In this document: piece after piece, positions 61,651 through 64,000 of the stretch
Position numbering within the stretch: position 1 is the stretch's first letter
Layout: every line of letters begins with the position of its first letter
Assembly (NCBI GenBank): GCA_030141605.1
Contig: JAQGDQ010000142.1
Location: 186,001-250,000, forward strand
Source of the DNA: Tubiluchus corallicola
Taxonomy: Eukaryota; Animalia; Priapulida
Length of the DNA: 64,000 bases
Reading direction: 5' to 3'
The notes under the pieces: model-generated
Told to the model about the DNA's origin: nothing
Databases searched by the model: none
Seen by the model: only the letters and a program-made list of their open reading frames with translations
Position numbers and translations under genes: made by a program

Positions 61651-62660
61651 GGTGATCATGATGTTTATGGCAATGATGATGATGACGCCAACGATGATGA
61701 CACCTACAGCACCAGCACCAACAATACAATCACAGCGAAACCATTCAGAACATTTTTTCACAATGTCGAAACTGCGTGCTATAATAAATGCTCTTAGTCT
61801 GCCTACCTGTGATCAATAATGCACGGACATTCTACATAGTTTTGTTTGCTGCTTCCCAGATGATAATAGGCTAACACAACTTACTTAAATGTAAAATCTA
61901 CAACACAATAGATCGGCGGGTGACAATGCCTGGAACAGCCGCAAAATTTCTAAAACTCAAAAACAATGGACATTCCAAATAGCGTGCAGCACAAGGGGCT
62001 AAAAAAGAACCTCGAAAATACACCGCTCCTGTTTCGTATAGTGGACATCTCTCCTAGCGAAGCCTTCAGCATTTTGTAGATCGTTTCGTCTTCTTTATGC
62101 GAATGTATTTTTTTACCCTCGTGCCCAAACGGTTGCACAAATTGAGTTTTTCTAGAGGCTGTTTAAGCAGTTTTCAGCAAAATTTGCCCAGTTGTGTCCG
62201 GGAAAATGCCCGTAGCGGGCATTGGTGGCCTTCCAGTGAAATCTAAATATGACTACACCCACCGTTGAATGGGCTATTCAATCGCTACAGCACCACCCGC
62301 GGCCCATTCCGGATCTCTAGAAATAAGAGGCATAAGCTTTGCAAAAAATGGGCAAAAAATGGTCATTTTTGGAGGTTTTTCGGCCTCCGTTCCTCACGGT
62401 AGGCCCGGTTCGAAAAATGAGCCCCCAGGTTCGAACCCTTGGGTGGAGACCTTTCATGTGACGTATAGATTGTCGAGAATGATGCCGTCGTCGGAGCTGT
62501 AGCTTCGTCGGTTATATATCTATACCAGCGATACGGCAGCCGAGAAAAAGAAGAAAAGAACTGCGGCCTTTCAATCGGCCACATTGAGCTATATTCGGAT
62601 GAAAGTTAAAAAACAAAAGAAGTACAAAGAATGATTACTGATTAAATTTTGTAATGTTAA

Positions 62661-62746
62661 CAGAAAATATCACACTTAAAAGGATACAGTCGTATATATA
62701 TATATATATATATACGACTGTATCCTTTTAAGTGTGATATTTTCTG
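62661..62746. repeat. Perfect 86-bp palindrome centred on (TA)11
   Basis: cagaaaatatcacacttaaaaggatacagtcg-(TA)11-cgactgtatccttttaagtgtgatattttctg. Confidence 0.97.
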
Positions 62747-62969
62747 CTAATATATATGGATAGACATGCAGGTATTAACTGAAAAGAAGAAGAGAAACCC
62801 AACTGCCCAGTTGTCCTCTCTAGAAACGTCCCTCTCCTCAAACGTATACCCGATTGTTTCCCTAGCCTTTAACAGCTTTATTGGTTGTACACACTATGGT
62901 TTAAATCACAAAAGGTAGATTTACAAAAAGTTTTTAACACGAATTTTGCCAAATTGAACACCAAATGCA

Positions 62970-63275
62970 GCATATGTCTGGGAACCAAAAATATCCAGGA
63001 GTCCAAAAATCTCGGGGCTTAAATATCCAGGGCCCAAAATGCCTGAGGCCCAAGTTGTCTAGGGCCCAAATTGTCTGGGGCCTAACCTGTCTGTGAAAAA
63101 AATATCCTGGGGTCGAAATTGTCTGGGGCCTAAATGTCTGCAGTCCAAATATCTCGTGGCCTCAAAAACCGGTGCCCAAAAGTCAGAACATAAATCTGGG
63201 GTCCAAATATCAAGGAATGTCTGGGTTCAAATATCCAAAGTCCAATTGTCTGAGGCCCAAACGTCTAGGACTCAA
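62970..63275. repeat. Degenerate 15-16-bp tandem repeat (~AAATTGTCTGGGGCCC)
   Basis: Recurrent aaatgtctggggccc-like units. Confidence 0.8.
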
Positions 63276-64000
63276 GCATCCGTAAACCAAAGTTAAAAAT
63301 GCAATACATGCAGGTGAAAACTTTCACATTATTTTCCGACAAAACTTTAATAAAATCAGACATGACATTGTTCAATTGATTTTAGAAAACCAGATGTCCT
63401 ATCGAAACAACTCGGTTTTTTCAAATATATTTTCTGATAATTTTATTAAAACATTCTGAGCACTCATCATTACTGTGTGAATATAATAAATGCATTTAAA
63501 ATATAGCACTAAAGTATGCTTTGATTTGCGGAAAAATGCTAATAAAATAGTAAATTTGCGAGGCGGCGGTATTTAATAATAGCGAAATTAAACAATTTTG
63601 CTAAATATCTGAAGGGAAGGGTGTCACTCTGTTGAAGCTTCTATTTGCATTTAAATGGCCTTTAATGTTAGTGAAGATGAAATGCGAATAATTTCGAATA
63701 ATCAAAAGAAAGTTTAAATCAGTAGATAAACAGATTGCACGGTTAGTTACAGCACTGATTGTTCAGATGTAAAAGGAAGATAAATTTAAGGAATAAAACA
63801 AGAGAGATCAGTGTTGATAAAAGGTTGCTCGGAGTGGCAAGTGTTGATTTAGGGGAGAACTTGTTGCACCACGTGTCCAACACTGCAAATATGAACAGGA
63901 TCTGGTGAAGACACACGCACAATATGGTTGATCGGGACTTAATACATAAATGTCTGACTTCCGGAAAACACTCCAACCATTAGGCGAAAAGAGAGAATGT

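Noticed and set aside
61104-61655. 183-aa His/Thr/Pro-rich ORF
   Set aside because: A C/A-only low-complexity tract that lacks stops by composition; TTG start and no splice support.

Overview
AT-rich, microsatellite-dense, intron-containing eukaryotic DNA, most likely from an invertebrate animal. It is not prokaryotic, and most ORFs in the supplied track are spurious or partial exons. By reading splice signals I reconstructed three + strand multi-exon genes. (1) A PLEKHG5/Syx-like DH-PH RhoGEF with 12 core coding exons (15745-25049), several candidate alternative first exons, and a 10-nt last coding exon that supplies the C-terminal PDZ ligand (-SDV). (2) A secreted protein of about 593 aa (32403-39850): signal peptide, two Cys-modified calcium-binding EGF domains, a 312-aa Ser/Arg-rich disordered spacer with an 11-aa repeat, an LDLR-type EGF, and an 8-Cys chitin-binding (CBM14-like) domain. 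(3) Its tandem paralog of about 267 aa (45298-51351): signal peptide, three recently duplicated cbEGF exons, and the same 8-Cys CBM14-like domain. The EGF + chitin-binding pair is the best candidate for an undescribed system. The rest is MITEs, LINE relics, minisatellites (one carrying DR1/HNF4-like sites), microsatellites and a perfect 86-bp palindrome. No database searches were run; family calls rest on motif recognition.
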